Positions 38,149 to 50,669 of a DNA stretch of 64,000 nt are shown here, in pieces (positions within the stretch are counted from its first letter, which is position 1; every line of letters begins with the position of its first letter). Origin of the DNA: Carcharhinus longimanus (taxonomy: Eukaryota). The position numbers and the translations under genes were made by a program. The stretch spans positions 53,919,238 to 53,983,237 of the forward strand of contig JASCQW010000098.1 of the NCBI GenBank assembly GCA_030264375.1, read 5' to 3'. A model generated the notes under the pieces. The model had not been told where the DNA came from and did not search any database. It was given only the letters and a program-made list of their open reading frames with translations.

Positions 38149-39334
38149 TATTGCCATAGTGCTGCATTCTGAGGTGGTATGTTTACATACTTAATATTAA
38201 CCCTTTGCATTACATAGCCGACTGCCCATTTCTTACCTGAACAACAGAGGAACATTTGGTGAGCACGTTAGGCAACCGGTCTGCCCAGTTTACTTTGCAG
38301 GCAGGTACTTAAATGGGATCCCGGCACCCCTGCCAAAAACAGTTAGACCACACATGTCACATATTTGTTCGAGATGTACAGGCATTCTGACACCTAGCCA
38401 AGGGTCCTAGAGGCTTTGCTGAAGGTTTAGGAACTGCAGAAGGCTGTTTGACAGGAAAGGGTGAATAACAGCATGTAAATGGATGGGAGCTAGTGGAAAG
38501 AATAGCACAGCAGATGGCTCACCAGTAGGCAAGCTTTCATTGAAACTCTGGTAAAGAGGACAAATGAGCAAATTTTACAGACATGGCCTTTAAAAGAAAG
38601 ATTTTTCAAATACATCAGAATTGTTTGAGGTATTAGATTGTCTACTTAAGAGTTGCCACATTAGGACGAATGTTTTTGGCCCAGGGGTGATGGGTTTGGA
38701 GGTGGGCAGAATGTGTCATGAAGGAACATGAATCGTTTCCGCCACTGACCAAACTTTCCAGAGGTGGTCGAGCTACAGGGTTGAGAGCGCACGTAGCTGT
38801 GGTGAACAAGCAGCCATCTGGGCCACCCACATCAAGGACCCAAACAAAATATCAGCAAATAAGATGTAGAACAGAGCCATAACAGATTCCTAGAGCCTTG
38901 TGAAGCAGATTTACATTGGCCTCACAGTGTCTCTAAGTAGCACATTGTTTCCATGGACCCTGTTTAGTGGTCAGCACAAGCCTTCGCATGCTGAATTATA
39001 TCGAACTGTTGGTGCAAGATTGACAACTGCCTGAAGACAGGAACAGGTATATTATGGTTAATATTTTCTTCATTGGTCACCCAGAAGAGATAGTCACCCA
39101 GGGGCCACTTACACAGTCTGGGGAAACTTTCCACTGAGACTGAATTTTGCACTGAGAGCAGAGCCCCTGACTCACAGCATAAAAGCTGGTGACAAATCCA
39201 CCTTGCCCCACAGCCATTTAGCAATACCAGGCCATTAATTGGCAAGAGGCCAAACTTCTATCCCCCTCGGCAAGGATATTCCATCTCAGAAATCTGCCAC
39301 CCAATCAGATGGCTGACAGCATCATCAGTAAAGG

Positions 39335-39425
39335 TGGCCAGATAGTCCGGAAAGGGACACACAGCGATGGCCAGATAGTCCAGGAAAGGGACACACAGCG
39401 ATGGCCAGATAGTCCAGGAAAGGGA
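39335..39425. repeat. 34-bp minisatellite running into an ~850-nt gap
   Basis: Unit TGGCCAGATAGTCCAGGAAAGGGACACACAGCGA, ~2.7 copies visible. Confidence 0.85.
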
Positions 39426-40276
39426 NNNNNNNNNNNNNNNNNNNNNNNNNNNNNNNNNNNNNNNNNNNNNNNNNNNNNNNNNNNNNNNNNNNNNNNNNNN
39501 NNNNNNNNNNNNNNNNNNNNNNNNNNNNNNNNNNNNNNNNNNNNNNNNNNNNNNNNNNNNNNNNNNNNNNNNNNNNNNNNNNNNNNNNNNNNNNNNNNNN
39601 NNNNNNNNNNNNNNNNNNNNNNNNNNNNNNNNNNNNNNNNNNNNNNNNNNNNNNNNNNNNNNNNNNNNNNNNNNNNNNNNNNNNNNNNNNNNNNNNNNNN
39701 NNNNNNNNNNNNNNNNNNNNNNNNNNNNNNNNNNNNNNNNNNNNNNNNNNNNNNNNNNNNNNNNNNNNNNNNNNNNNNNNNNNNNNNNNNNNNNNNNNNN
39801 NNNNNNNNNNNNNNNNNNNNNNNNNNNNNNNNNNNNNNNNNNNNNNNNNNNNNNNNNNNNNNNNNNNNNNNNNNNNNNNNNNNNNNNNNNNNNNNNNNNN
39901 NNNNNNNNNNNNNNNNNNNNNNNNNNNNNNNNNNNNNNNNNNNNNNNNNNNNNNNNNNNNNNNNNNNNNNNNNNNNNNNNNNNNNNNNNNNNNNNNNNNN
40001 NNNNNNNNNNNNNNNNNNNNNNNNNNNNNNNNNNNNNNNNNNNNNNNNNNNNNNNNNNNNNNNNNNNNNNNNNNNNNNNNNNNNNNNNNNNNNNNNNNNN
40101 NNNNNNNNNNNNNNNNNNNNNNNNNNNNNNNNNNNNNNNNNNNNNNNNNNNNNNNNNNNNNNNNNNNNNNNNNNNNNNNNNNNNNNNNNNNNNNNNNNNN
40201 NNNNNNNNNNNNNNNNNNNNNNNNNNNNNNNNNNNNNNNNNNNNNNNNNNNNNNNNNNNNNNNNNNNNNNNNNNNN

Positions 40277-40480
40277 GTTTCCTCCCACAGTCCAAAGGTG
40301 TGTGGGTTAGGTTGATTGGCCGTGCTAAAATTGCCCCTTAGTGTCCTGAGATGTGTAGGTTAGAGGGACTAGTGGGTAAATGTGTAGAGATATGGGGGTA
40401 GGGATATGGGTGGGAATGTGGTTGGTGCGGACTCAATGGGCCGAATGGCCTCTTTCTGCACTGTAGGGTTTCTGTGATTA
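40277..40480 (+). mobile_element. HE1-type V-SINE 3' half
   Basis: TTTCCTCCCACAGTCCAAAG...GGCCGAATGGCCTCTTTCTGCACTGTAGGG. Confidence 0.9.
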
Positions 40481-41374
40481 TGCCCCCGAATGGCCGTAAA
40501 ATTCCAATCCTGGTATTTATTGATTGTAGGCGAATGTGCTTTGCTGTAAATTTCTCTTACGCAGCTGTTAATTTAGCCGTATTAGCATTTTATTTTGTCA
40601 CAAATGACAGTTTAACTTGAAATAAATTATATATCTTAAAAACAGAAAAAAATTGATCAATTTTATTAATCAATTTCTGTTTTTTCGTAAATTGACCCAG
40701 ATAATGACATCAGTGACTATTTGAAGCAAAACATGCATACTATTATGGAAATAAAAATTGTTGGTTGCTAAGTAACTATTGCTAGGCAAATAGGTTGTTA
40801 GCTGAGTGCTTAAGCATCCTTTTATTGAACAGGCCTTTCCAGTTCTAGAAATTTCTATAAATCCAATGGCCACAGATTTATTTGACTCTAATAAAAATGA
40901 CCCTGCACAAAAAAATGGTCTGGGAAACTATTTTGAATTAGATGTTAAACTGCAAATTTCAATTTCAAAACTGTATTAATTTATGTTATAAATTAAGCAG
41001 CAACTAATTAAATCTAATAAATGAGTGTATGTTAAAGCCCTCATGTATTTCTTAGAATTTGAGACTTAAGTTCACACAAGCAGTTCACCACATGGCACAT
41101 AACTGATCCAAGGGATAGATGTCAGTCAGTCATAGAACATCTGAGAGACTGTGACCCCAGGCTTCCATTGCATGTTTCTGACCAGATGATTAGGGAACTA
41201 CATTGACAGAGCCGTAAGCATAGCCATTACTTTAACCTAATCCAGCTGGTGAGAATGAAGTGAGTTCAGGTCAGATAGTCATTTTACACTGAGTCAGATT
41301 TTACTGACCACAATGTTCAGAAATACCATGCAGCGCACAGAATTCACAATGAGCTTTTTTTTATATTTTTTTTT

Positions 41375-41712
41375 AATTCGTTCATGGGATGTGAGTGTTG
41401 CAGGCAAAGCCAACATTTATTGCCCCCCTCTGAGGACATTTAAGAGTCAACCACATTGCTGTGGCTCTGGAGTCACATATAGGCCAGGCACGGTAAGGAT
41501 GGCAGATTTCCTTCCTTAAAGGACATTGGTGATCCAGATGGGTTTTTTTACAACAATCATCAATGATTTCATGGTCACCTTTGAATTCCATATTTTTATT
41601 GGCTCCAAATTTCAACATCTGCCATGTTGGGATTTGAACCCGGGTCCCCAGACCATTACGCTGGAACTCTGGATCACCAGTATAGCAACAATACCCTATG
41701 TCACTACCTCTC
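41375..41712 (-). mobile_element. tRNA-headed SINE with Meta-like central domain and L2-type tail
   Basis: Minus strand has B-box GGGTTCAAATCCC and GGAAGGAAATCTGCCATCCTTACC...TATATGTGACTCCAGAGCCACAGCAATGTGGTTGACTCTTAA. Its tail resembles the LINE end at 32120-32170. Confidence 0.75.
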
Positions 41713-43207
41713 TGTAGCTAATACATTGTGTCATTGAGTGGTAGGACAGGGGCCTGAACTTTTTGCCCGTCGGGCACAGATAATCACCAGGCTTAGAAGC
41801 AGATGCAAAACACACGTCTGATCACAAGACACCCCAGAACATGATTTTACACAGGCTGGCCAATGAAAGGACAACCATCGTGAAAATATGGCTGGGAAAG
41901 GCTCAGTGTTTTTGAGGAGGGTGGCGAAATGGTGGGCACTGAGTAAAGGGAGGGTNNNNNNNNNNNNNNNNNNNNNNNNNNNNNAGAGCTGTCTCAGGGA
42001 CCTGCTGGCCTGTAAAGAATAAATTACAATGGAAAAACTATGCAACACATGTCTCGGCAGCACATCCAAACACAAACCTCAGTCCCAGATACCACTTTAA
42101 ATTTTATTGACAGTTCATCCCAACCTGGATTAAGCTAAAACATAAAAACCGTTTGGCCAAATGGCTCACCATAAAAGCAGACAGGCTGATTAATAGTATG
42201 TGTTCACAAAAAAAGGGGCCTTTAATATAAATCTCCAGATCAGTCTTGGGTTGCCTGAGATAGTCTCTCTTTTTGTACAACAGGAATAAAGCTTTGAACT
42301 GATTCCCAAATCTCCTCTGATGATGATTCAATTGTTCCACAGTAATTTGGCATAGTTGGCAACATGTCAGTGACCTAATAATGGCAGAGACACCTCATGG
42401 AGAAAACTCTCCAAAGATGTAAACCTTCAGCAGTGTGGTCTCTCAGAACAATGGGGATTGTTTATCCTCGCACTTCCCCCTGCTTCCCCAAAATGTTGAA
42501 CAAGTACTTGACAGCGGGCCTCCTCAGCTTCCACGTCCCCCCCCCCNNNNNNNNNNNNNNNNNNNNNNNNNNNNCCATCAACTGCTAACTTTTATTGCCT
42601 TTTGCTTCTTGCTCATTAGGGAGTTCCATATATGTTCAGTTGTGATTTTTGGCTGAAATGTCATTCATGGAAACAGGAAATCAGGTGCAATTGACACATA
42701 ACATTTAACTGTTTCTCCTCCTTCTGGGCAGTTTAATTTCGCTTTCCAGGCCAAGGGTGTAACAACTGCATATAAATGTTTATTTTCCTCTAAACAAGAA
42801 GTCTCATGATATTTTTCAAACATCCATGTGAATTAGCTTTTGCGGTAATGTCAACAACATCTAGAAGAAGTGGACATCCTGTCCTGATTAGAAAACTGCT
42901 TGCTTCAGGAGCCCTAGTTTAATTGTACATCGCTGATGTGTCAGCCACACAGATTTGTCAGCCAAACCTCCCTAATTAAGGCTAGTGCCAGGAATACTTC
43001 TGAAGGAAATGTTGAGGGATTATGATAACTGTCCTCGCAGCCATGTACTAGATATGGGGAAGTATGTTTCGTCTGAGTTCATTTCTCATTTGAAGGGAGG
43101 TTTAGTAAAATGCTTTCATTTATCAACATTTGACCAAACACAAGAAATGCAATTTTAGTGTCATACAAAGCAATTCATTTCCTATCGTTGACGTGGCTAA
43201 ACATTTG

Positions 43208-43590
43208 TAGAATCCCTACAATGAAGAAGGAGGCNNNNNNNNNNTATTCGGCCCATAGAGTCCACATCGACTCTCCGACTGAGTATCTTATTCAGGCCCT
43301 ATTCCTGTAAACCCACACATTTACTCCGCAATTCCCCTTAACGTGGACAACTCAGAATACTAAGGGGCAATTTACCATGGCTAATCCACCTAACCTGCAC
43401 ATTTTTGGAGTGTGGAAGGAAACTGGATCACCCGGAGGAAACCCACACAGATACAGGGAAAGCGTGCAAACTCCAAAGCTACAGTGACCCGAGGTNNNNN
43501 NNNNNAAACCTGGGTCCCTGGCGTTGTGAGGCAGCAATGCTAACCACTGTGCCACCTTGCCACCCAAACCACTGTGCCACCGTGCTGCCA
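43208..43590 (-). mobile_element. HE1-type V-SINE with duplicated head
   Basis: Standard HE1 reverse complement; AACCACTGTGCCACC occurs twice at 43542-43581. Confidence 0.9.
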
Positions 43591-43979
43591 TGAAATTTCA
43601 CAATTAATGCTACATTAATAGCAGTCAGGCATTTGTCATATTTATATACGGTAGTAGCTTGGACATACAATATCAAAACTTAACACATGGTCTGATAGTC
43701 AAATATTTTTAATTTTGTACACTGTGACAGGACACAGAAAATTTACAAAAATTAGTTTGCAATATAATTGTCTTAATTTGCAAATAAAAACATTCACTTT
43801 GGCACTGTAGGTTTACTGTGTAAAGATTACTGAAGTTATCAGAACGCAGCACCTGTCCCACTTTTTATTAACTTGTAATTAGGTCAATTATCATTTTTTC
43901 ACTCAAAAACATCACTTTTATTTATACTGATGGTCAGGTATGGGGTGGAGGAAACTTGTACTTCAAAGACCCATTGAAC

Positions 43980-44115
43980 AGTAAATTGCCCCATAGTGCC
44001 AAGGGGACTAGCTGGGGTAAATATATGGGTTATAGGGATAGGGCCTGGGTGGGATTGTAATCGGTGCAATCCTGATGGGCTGAATGGCCTCCTTCTGCAT
44101 TGTATGATTCTGTGA
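43980..44115 (+). mobile_element. HE1 SINE 3' fragment
   Basis: TAAATTGCCCCATAGTG...GAATGGCCTCCTTCTGCATTGTATGATTC. Confidence 0.8.
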
Positions 44116-47100
44116 ACTTCCATAAGAATGTAGGATTGCAGCCCTCCTGATCTCAGCAGGAGAAATGCAGAGTACTTACTGAAGCTCCAGTCCCTCAAAG
44201 CACAAACTTTGGATCAGGTGGTCACAGACTCATAGAGTTCCACAACAACCTGTAAATATTTGATTTAGTGCCACAGAATTTCCTGATTAATGCTACGCTA
44301 TTAGCAGTCAGGCACTTCTAATGTTTATATATAGTACAGTAACTTGGTCACAATGGGTGCGATCTTATTGGTTATTCATGCCCTGTGGCCGCTGCAAGCA
44401 AGGACAGAGAATTTGGCACTCAGCCAACTCTTCATTCACTGCAACAGAACCACAAAACCCTGTTGGCATGAAAGGCTGTAAGATTCTGCCCAATATCTAG
44501 ATTTAAAAACATTGCCAAAACTTCACTCATGATCTGGTATTCAAATATTTTTAACTCTGTACACTGCAACACCTTCTCTCCATCTCACCCTCCCACCTCC
44601 CCCAACCTGCCCTCCTTCCCTCCCCAACCTATCCTCCCTCCCAATCCCCCTCCCCATCCTCAATCTGCCTTCCATAGCCCCTTCTCCCCATCCTCAACCT
44701 GCCCTTTCCAACACCCTCTCCTCATCTGCCAGCCTACCCTTCCTCCCCCCAGCCCACCTGCCCCCCAACGCACCCTCCCTCCATCAATCCACAGNNNNNN
44801 NNNNNNNNNNNNNNNNNNNNNNNNNNNNNNNNNNNNNNNNNNNNNNNNNNNNNNNNNNNNNNNNNNNNNNNNNNNNNNNNNNNNNNNNNNCAACCTGTTC
44901 TCCCCCACCCCCTTCCCTTCCCCCACAGCATGTTTTCTAGTGCAGGGGCAACTCAACACTGGCCATGGGATCTTTGGTCTGCCAATGTCTACGCTGTTTT
45001 GCATGGTTCAACCATCCAGCCATTGGAGAACCCGCCACAGGGGAGCACATTCAGTGGAAGCAGAAGATACGGCAGGCAGGAAGGGCGGAAAACCCCATCC
45101 AAGGAGTGAGACAAACAACTACACAATACTGGAGCATAATGTCAGGGCTTGCAAGATAAGGGGCCTCTACTTATGTGAACAATGCCAAAGACATATACTC
45201 ACGGGAAACAATAATTGAGTCTGAGACATAATTATTCACACATGATTGAGGTAACAAGGTTCATAGTATGCGTATGTGACTAAATGTATAGAAAAGGTGA
45301 CTTCAATGTAAATTTTCAAAGTCAGGCTTGAATTGCCTAAGGCAGTCTCTCCCTTCGTACAACAGGAATAAAGCTTTGAAACCTGTCTCTTCCGGGGGGT
45401 GGGGGGTAATTAAATTGTCCCACAGCAGATTGAATAAGAACAATACAACTCAACCTCAGACAGTCAAAAAGTTAAATTGTATGAAAGGATCATTGATAAA
45501 ATAATTAAATTTCAGATAATTGAAGGTTTTGGTGTTTCCACATGATCGCGAATACATTGCAACACACACAACACAATTTCTGTCCCAGGACAGATTGGGA
45601 CTTACTAAAGGGAGGTTCGCTGCATCCAATCTCCAGAAATTTGAATATATTTAATAAAGTCAGCTTGATAAAGTCATAAAGTAAGTTTCATCTTCTTATT
45701 GCTGCAGTATCACCTGCCAGTTGTCAGGAAATAATAGCCAGTTTTTCTTCATTTTATATTTAAAGCTATTTGTCAAATAAACAAATAGTCATTTGATTGC
45801 ACAAAATCTGCCAAACAACTTTTTCTCAGCCGTGAACAAATAATTGAATTTGAGACTTTGAAATAGTTGAGTTCATTTGGTAAGGAGGAAGGAGGAATAA
45901 GGTACAGGCACTGGGAGACAGCCACATTCCTTCTGTCCCTTAGTGACATGACTGGGGATTGAATGGCCTTTACAACCAGTGGCATCGAGAGCAAGTTCAA
46001 AAATCAGCCTGTGCCTTCAAACCTGAGGATTCACCCTGTTCATTGCAAAGGTCAGTGGAGAACTCTCTATTGGTGTGCTCTGGAAAATGATAGTCACCAT
46101 AACAATGTTGACACTGTCAGGAGATGTGATGCAGAGGTGGCCGCCTTTATGAGAAGCTGTGAGCTGACACCGAGATGTGTTCATGGTCAGAGAGAGCATT
46201 ATTGCAACTGGTCTTGTGCTTAGGCACATATAGTGAAGACAGCCATCTCATTCACGGAGACAATTACAGCAAACTTGCCAAGGCTGGTGAGGATACCAAA
46301 CTCCATCGTGTTGTGTTAGGAGTATGGTTCCTAACACATTTTGCAGACACTTCAGTAAAGAGTTTCACACATCTCCCTTGCATAACACAAAGATAGAGTA
46401 ACTGCGCAACACATGAATGTAAGGCTCACAAAGAGAGGCAATCACTGAGTGGGAGCATGGCTCACTCTCACAATAAGAAGGCACAAAGATGGATATGCAC
46501 AATTTCTTTAATGGGGATAATAACACCAGAAATCCGGCGGCTGGAGATGTGTGGAGGCCGTGGTGCCCAGTGGGAAGCCCGTGAAACGACCTCTGCTTGA
46601 GTTTTGCTGTGAGTGCAGAAGGCTTGGAGAGCCCTGCCCCCCCCCCCCCGCCCCCCACCATCACTTTGCCCCAGTGCTCCCATATCTTTATCCAAGAAGA
46701 TTATGATCTGCATTACAAGAAAAATGAAGAATTTTGAATTTCTTACTGGTTGTGAATTTACAACCCACACTTTTCTGTTTACAAATGTGATTGTTGCAAG
46801 GAAAGATTACAACATGTAAAGACACTATGAAGCAAATCATGATGAGAGCCACGATTATTACAGGAAAGTCATGAGAAAATAATTTTTCTGATTTTGTAGT
46901 CTTTTGAAAAGTAGCAATCAATGTTTATCAATGTTGCCATGTAATGGTGTCACTGAAGCATTTAATTGTTTAAATCATAGCCATCTCTGTGAAACCTGTT
47001 TCTGAAAGAGAACGTCTAAAGATCTGTACTACTAAAAGCTGCAGAAGTAGACTCTTCTCAAAACCTCTGGAAGTTATGTCAATTTTCAGCTTAAGTGGTT

Positions 47101-47157
47101 GAGGTTCTTTGGCGCCAAGTGACCAAATTCGTTTTAACAATGCGGTCAAATTCTTAC

Positions 47158-47284
47158 GAATCTTCACACCGATTCAATAAACCATCCATCAGAAGCCCTT
47201 CCTTCTCATTAATCTGATCAATCTCCAACAGAAGACCAGGGTTTCTTGCATTTACCCCTATTTTGAACGGTCCTATATTTATAC
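47158..47284 (-). CDS. Candidate internal coding exon (127 nt, phase 1-2)
   Basis: cacctcgtatttcag | exon | gtaaga. Open frame (G)INIGPFKIGVNARNPGLLLEIDQINEKEGLLMDGLLNRCEDS. Not recognised. Confidence 0.35.
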
Positions 47285-48014
47285 CTGAAATACGAGGTGC
47301 AGCATACCTTTTTGAGCACAATTGAAGAAGCTTCTGGGTTTTGCTTAAAAAGTGACATTTGAAATGCCAATTAACAAGTAGGAGTCAGAGGAGATTTTGA
47401 CTAAGGTACTGTTCAAACACTCAGTAATTTTAACATAACTCTATGTCCAGTGGGCTTCTATTAGATTCATTTTTTAAATAAGTTTTCATTTACTTCCTCT
47501 TAGAATCACCAGATTGCTTTCAATATCCATTAGAACGGATATTGAGACAAATTGAATTTCTTGCCTTTGGAGACATGATTGCTTTATTCTGCTGATAAGG
47601 GATTGCTTGCAGGCTCCATCATGACTAGTGTACTTGCTTTACGTTGACAAGAATATTTCTATTGGCAAAAGTAACTGCAAGTTAAGATTTATCTTTATAT
47701 TAACTGTGTGCTTTCTGTGTTCAGTTGCATTCATTGGAGAATAAGTGGCTTGGTGGTCTAGAACCTGAATGTTGTTGAAAACAGAAGCATGTTGCTGGAC
47801 TTTTCATTTTGCACTCTCAGGATAAACAAAAGAATGCAAACTCTCAATAATGACAACAATTTATACAAAAGGAGAAAATGATCATTGGCAAGTAGTTTCT
47901 GATTGGATGAAGCATTTCTGGGGAGAAAGCATAGGGAACCATCCCCTTCCAATGCATCAGGGTGATTCAAAAAAAGGCTACTAGTCCAGTGACAATATTT
48001 CTACACACCTCCCC

Positions 48015-49870
48015 TGCACTGAGGACAACATCTGGCTAGTGGAAAATACTATTCATGATGCTACTGCATGAAATGCCTTCCTTAACAATTTGTTAAGATT
48101 TTTGAGATACTTTGGATTACTAGGGTAATTCAAGGTCCATAAGTGGGGGCTTTTGACCCACTTGTAAGTCTGTGCAATACACAGTGAATGATCTGATCAG
48201 GATAACCATTGTCCTGCAGGATTGCTTGTGCTCTATTTCTGTATCGAGCCTATAGGGTGAACAAATGGCTAGGACTTTATTGACAAGATTGCTGGGAAAG
48301 TCAATCTTATAGAGTCTGGAATAATAGAAATCCCAATACCAATATTGAATGATGAATGTAGGCTTGCATTAGACAGAAATGGAGAATCCATTAATGGATT
48401 TCTCGACTGGCATGTCAAGTAAAAGGAACAACATCTAACTGCTCCATCTCAAAAGTAAAGTTGAGCATGGAATTGGGTACATCAGAGTGTGCAAGGGAAT
48501 CATTGTACGTGGCAACAGATTCAAATATTGCAAACATGTTACCCATGTGTTGGGAATATGCACGAGGTAGGAGGTTAGGGCTCATTCGATCATAAATGCA
48601 TTTCTTGTGGACACCAACATAAATGTTAGTGAGGGCTTGACTTAGAGAGGATCCTATAACTATACTACNNNNNNNNNNAGTATCATTAAAACTGAACTCA
48701 ACTGTGCAAGTAGTTCATAAGTTTAATGAATACAGATTCACAAAATGGCAGTGCGTCTAGGTTGGCTTGATACGGTGACACAGCACAAAAGTTGATGGCT
48801 GCCTGCAGTGCCATGTTCACAAATAACAGTTTTAAACGAGCATATAGACAAGGCTTTGCTATCAATATGTAGGTCACGTATAGTCTTGGTGAAAGTATTC
48901 TTCACTGCTTATGTGGAAAACTTACTGTTCACTCAATCATTTGGCCAATTTGTGCTGCACAGAACTGGTCACTGATAAAATAAAGCATGATGCCCTTTTG
49001 TACCTCCTTAGGCAGCCCATATATGTAGAGGAGTAGTGAGTCATAATACTGATTCCGATCACGTATGGTGTAAGGCAGCTCGTTATCTGCCTAACAACTG
49101 ACTTTGCAGCTAGTTCATGAGCAAGGCTCTGCAATCATGCTTGCTGCAGATCCAATAGATGTAAATTTGTAACCATCATTAAGAGTATCATACATTTGCC
49201 AAACTAATCATACTTGTTTCCTGTGGTCCCTTTGTCAAGTTTGCAGATATGTTTATCTCAATTGAGCCTGTCAACTCACAATGCTGCCAGACATTAATGC
49301 TACATGTGAAAATCAGACAAGTCATTATGTATTCCAAAATGTATGCATACACCAGTTATTGGGTGCACTTTTACCGATGCAGTGTCTTTTTGGATATTGG
49401 TCTCTTGTGGGATATCTAAGAATAGAGGAGTTCAAGCTCAACTAAAATCTCTTCCTATTTGACGTGGAGATAGGACTACCAAAGTTGCAGCCAGGACAAA
49501 CTCTTTCTTTTCAGAAAGTACATGACCGGATGAATTCACTACATGTTTGGGAGTATCATTAATTGTGCTGCCAAAACCAAAAGCAGAACGACTGTGATTC
49601 CCTGATTGGGCAATGCTTGCTTAACTATCTCAATGTGCTATTAATTACACTTACAAAGAATTTAAGGTAATTTGTTGAACTTATAAGATTTACTCCTCAC
49701 TTATGTCTGTTGGAAGTGATATACATTTATGCACCGGGCCCCATTCCCTGCAAAGAAAATGAATGTGTTCAAGCCTCATGTCTTTTGAGAGTTAGTTCCC
49801 TATTGCTTTCTCCATGATCTTGCCAACAAATCAGCAAGCTTTTCTTCTATAGTATAAACTGTTGTGATTG
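48015..49870 (-). mobile_element. Ancient Penelope-like element RT, heavily decayed
   Basis: Hand translation gives VVNSSGHVLSEKKEFVL, ICKLDKG, KMYDTLNDGYKF, FSFNDT...IGSSLSQALTNIYVG and LDMPVEKSINGFSISV.CKPTF..QY.YWDF: PLE RT motifs in the expected order. Confidence 0.85.
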
Positions 49871-50451
49871 TTTGAAGTGTTCCATTCCTGATGATTGCAA
49901 GACAAAAAACTTCAGCTTTGGAGAATCTTCAGTTCAGTTCTACAAATTACATGACACAACATTTAAAATGACTTTTGTCCTTTTGTGGTTCTTATGTCTT
50001 ATGGCTTAAATAGTCAGTTGTGGTGATGACATTAATGCAACTATTTCCAATAATAACACAATGAAGTTGCTGGTTCCATGTAACAATGCCTATCTGATTC
50101 TGTACACTGGCATGACACTTGAGAATATTGTGACCATATTGTCTAAAGAATGGGCATTATTTCAAATGCAAATAATTTTTGAATTAGCGTTTTTACAGTC
50201 AACAATGATCTTCCTTTCATTGTGTATTTGGTTACATTGGAGTCCTGCCTTTGTGTTTGCTTTCCTAGTCCAGAACTTCCAAATACTTTCAGTAAAGCCA
50301 AACACTTCTATCATATTTATCTTTTTTGTTGCATTGATTGTTTTTATTTCAGTTTATAGAATCAGTAATTTAGCTGATACTTTATACAGTTAACTCCAGG
50401 ACAAGGCAATATCCTTTGTTGCTTTTTCAATTACAATTGACAAAGCACTAA

Positions 50452-50668
50452 TGGGTGGTACAGTGGTTAGCACTGCTGCCTCACAGCGCTAGGGACCTAG
50501 GTTCAATTCCAGCCTTGGGGGACTGTGTGGAGTTTGCTTGTTCTCCTTGTATCTACATGGGGTTGCTCCGGGTGCTCCGGTTTCCTCTCACACTCCAAAG
50601 ATATGCTGGTTCGGTGGATTGGACAGGGTAAATTGTTGCTTAGTGTCAGGGGATTAACTGCATAAATA
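50452..50668 (+). mobile_element. HE1-type V-SINE, 3'-truncated
   Basis: Head and V-domain present, tail absent. Confidence 0.88.
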
Positions 50669-50669
50669 T

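Noticed and set aside
38238-38330. Minus-strand exon with strong CAG|GTAAG donor
   Set aside because: Stops in all three frames.
39335-39425. 34-bp repeats as a CRISPR array
   Set aside because: Units are contiguous with no spacers, and the DNA is eukaryotic.
39258-40310. ORFs of 327-345 aa
   Set aside because: Almost entirely N-gap.
44529-45218. 229-aa proline-rich ORF
   Set aside because: C-rich low-complexity tract plus N gap.
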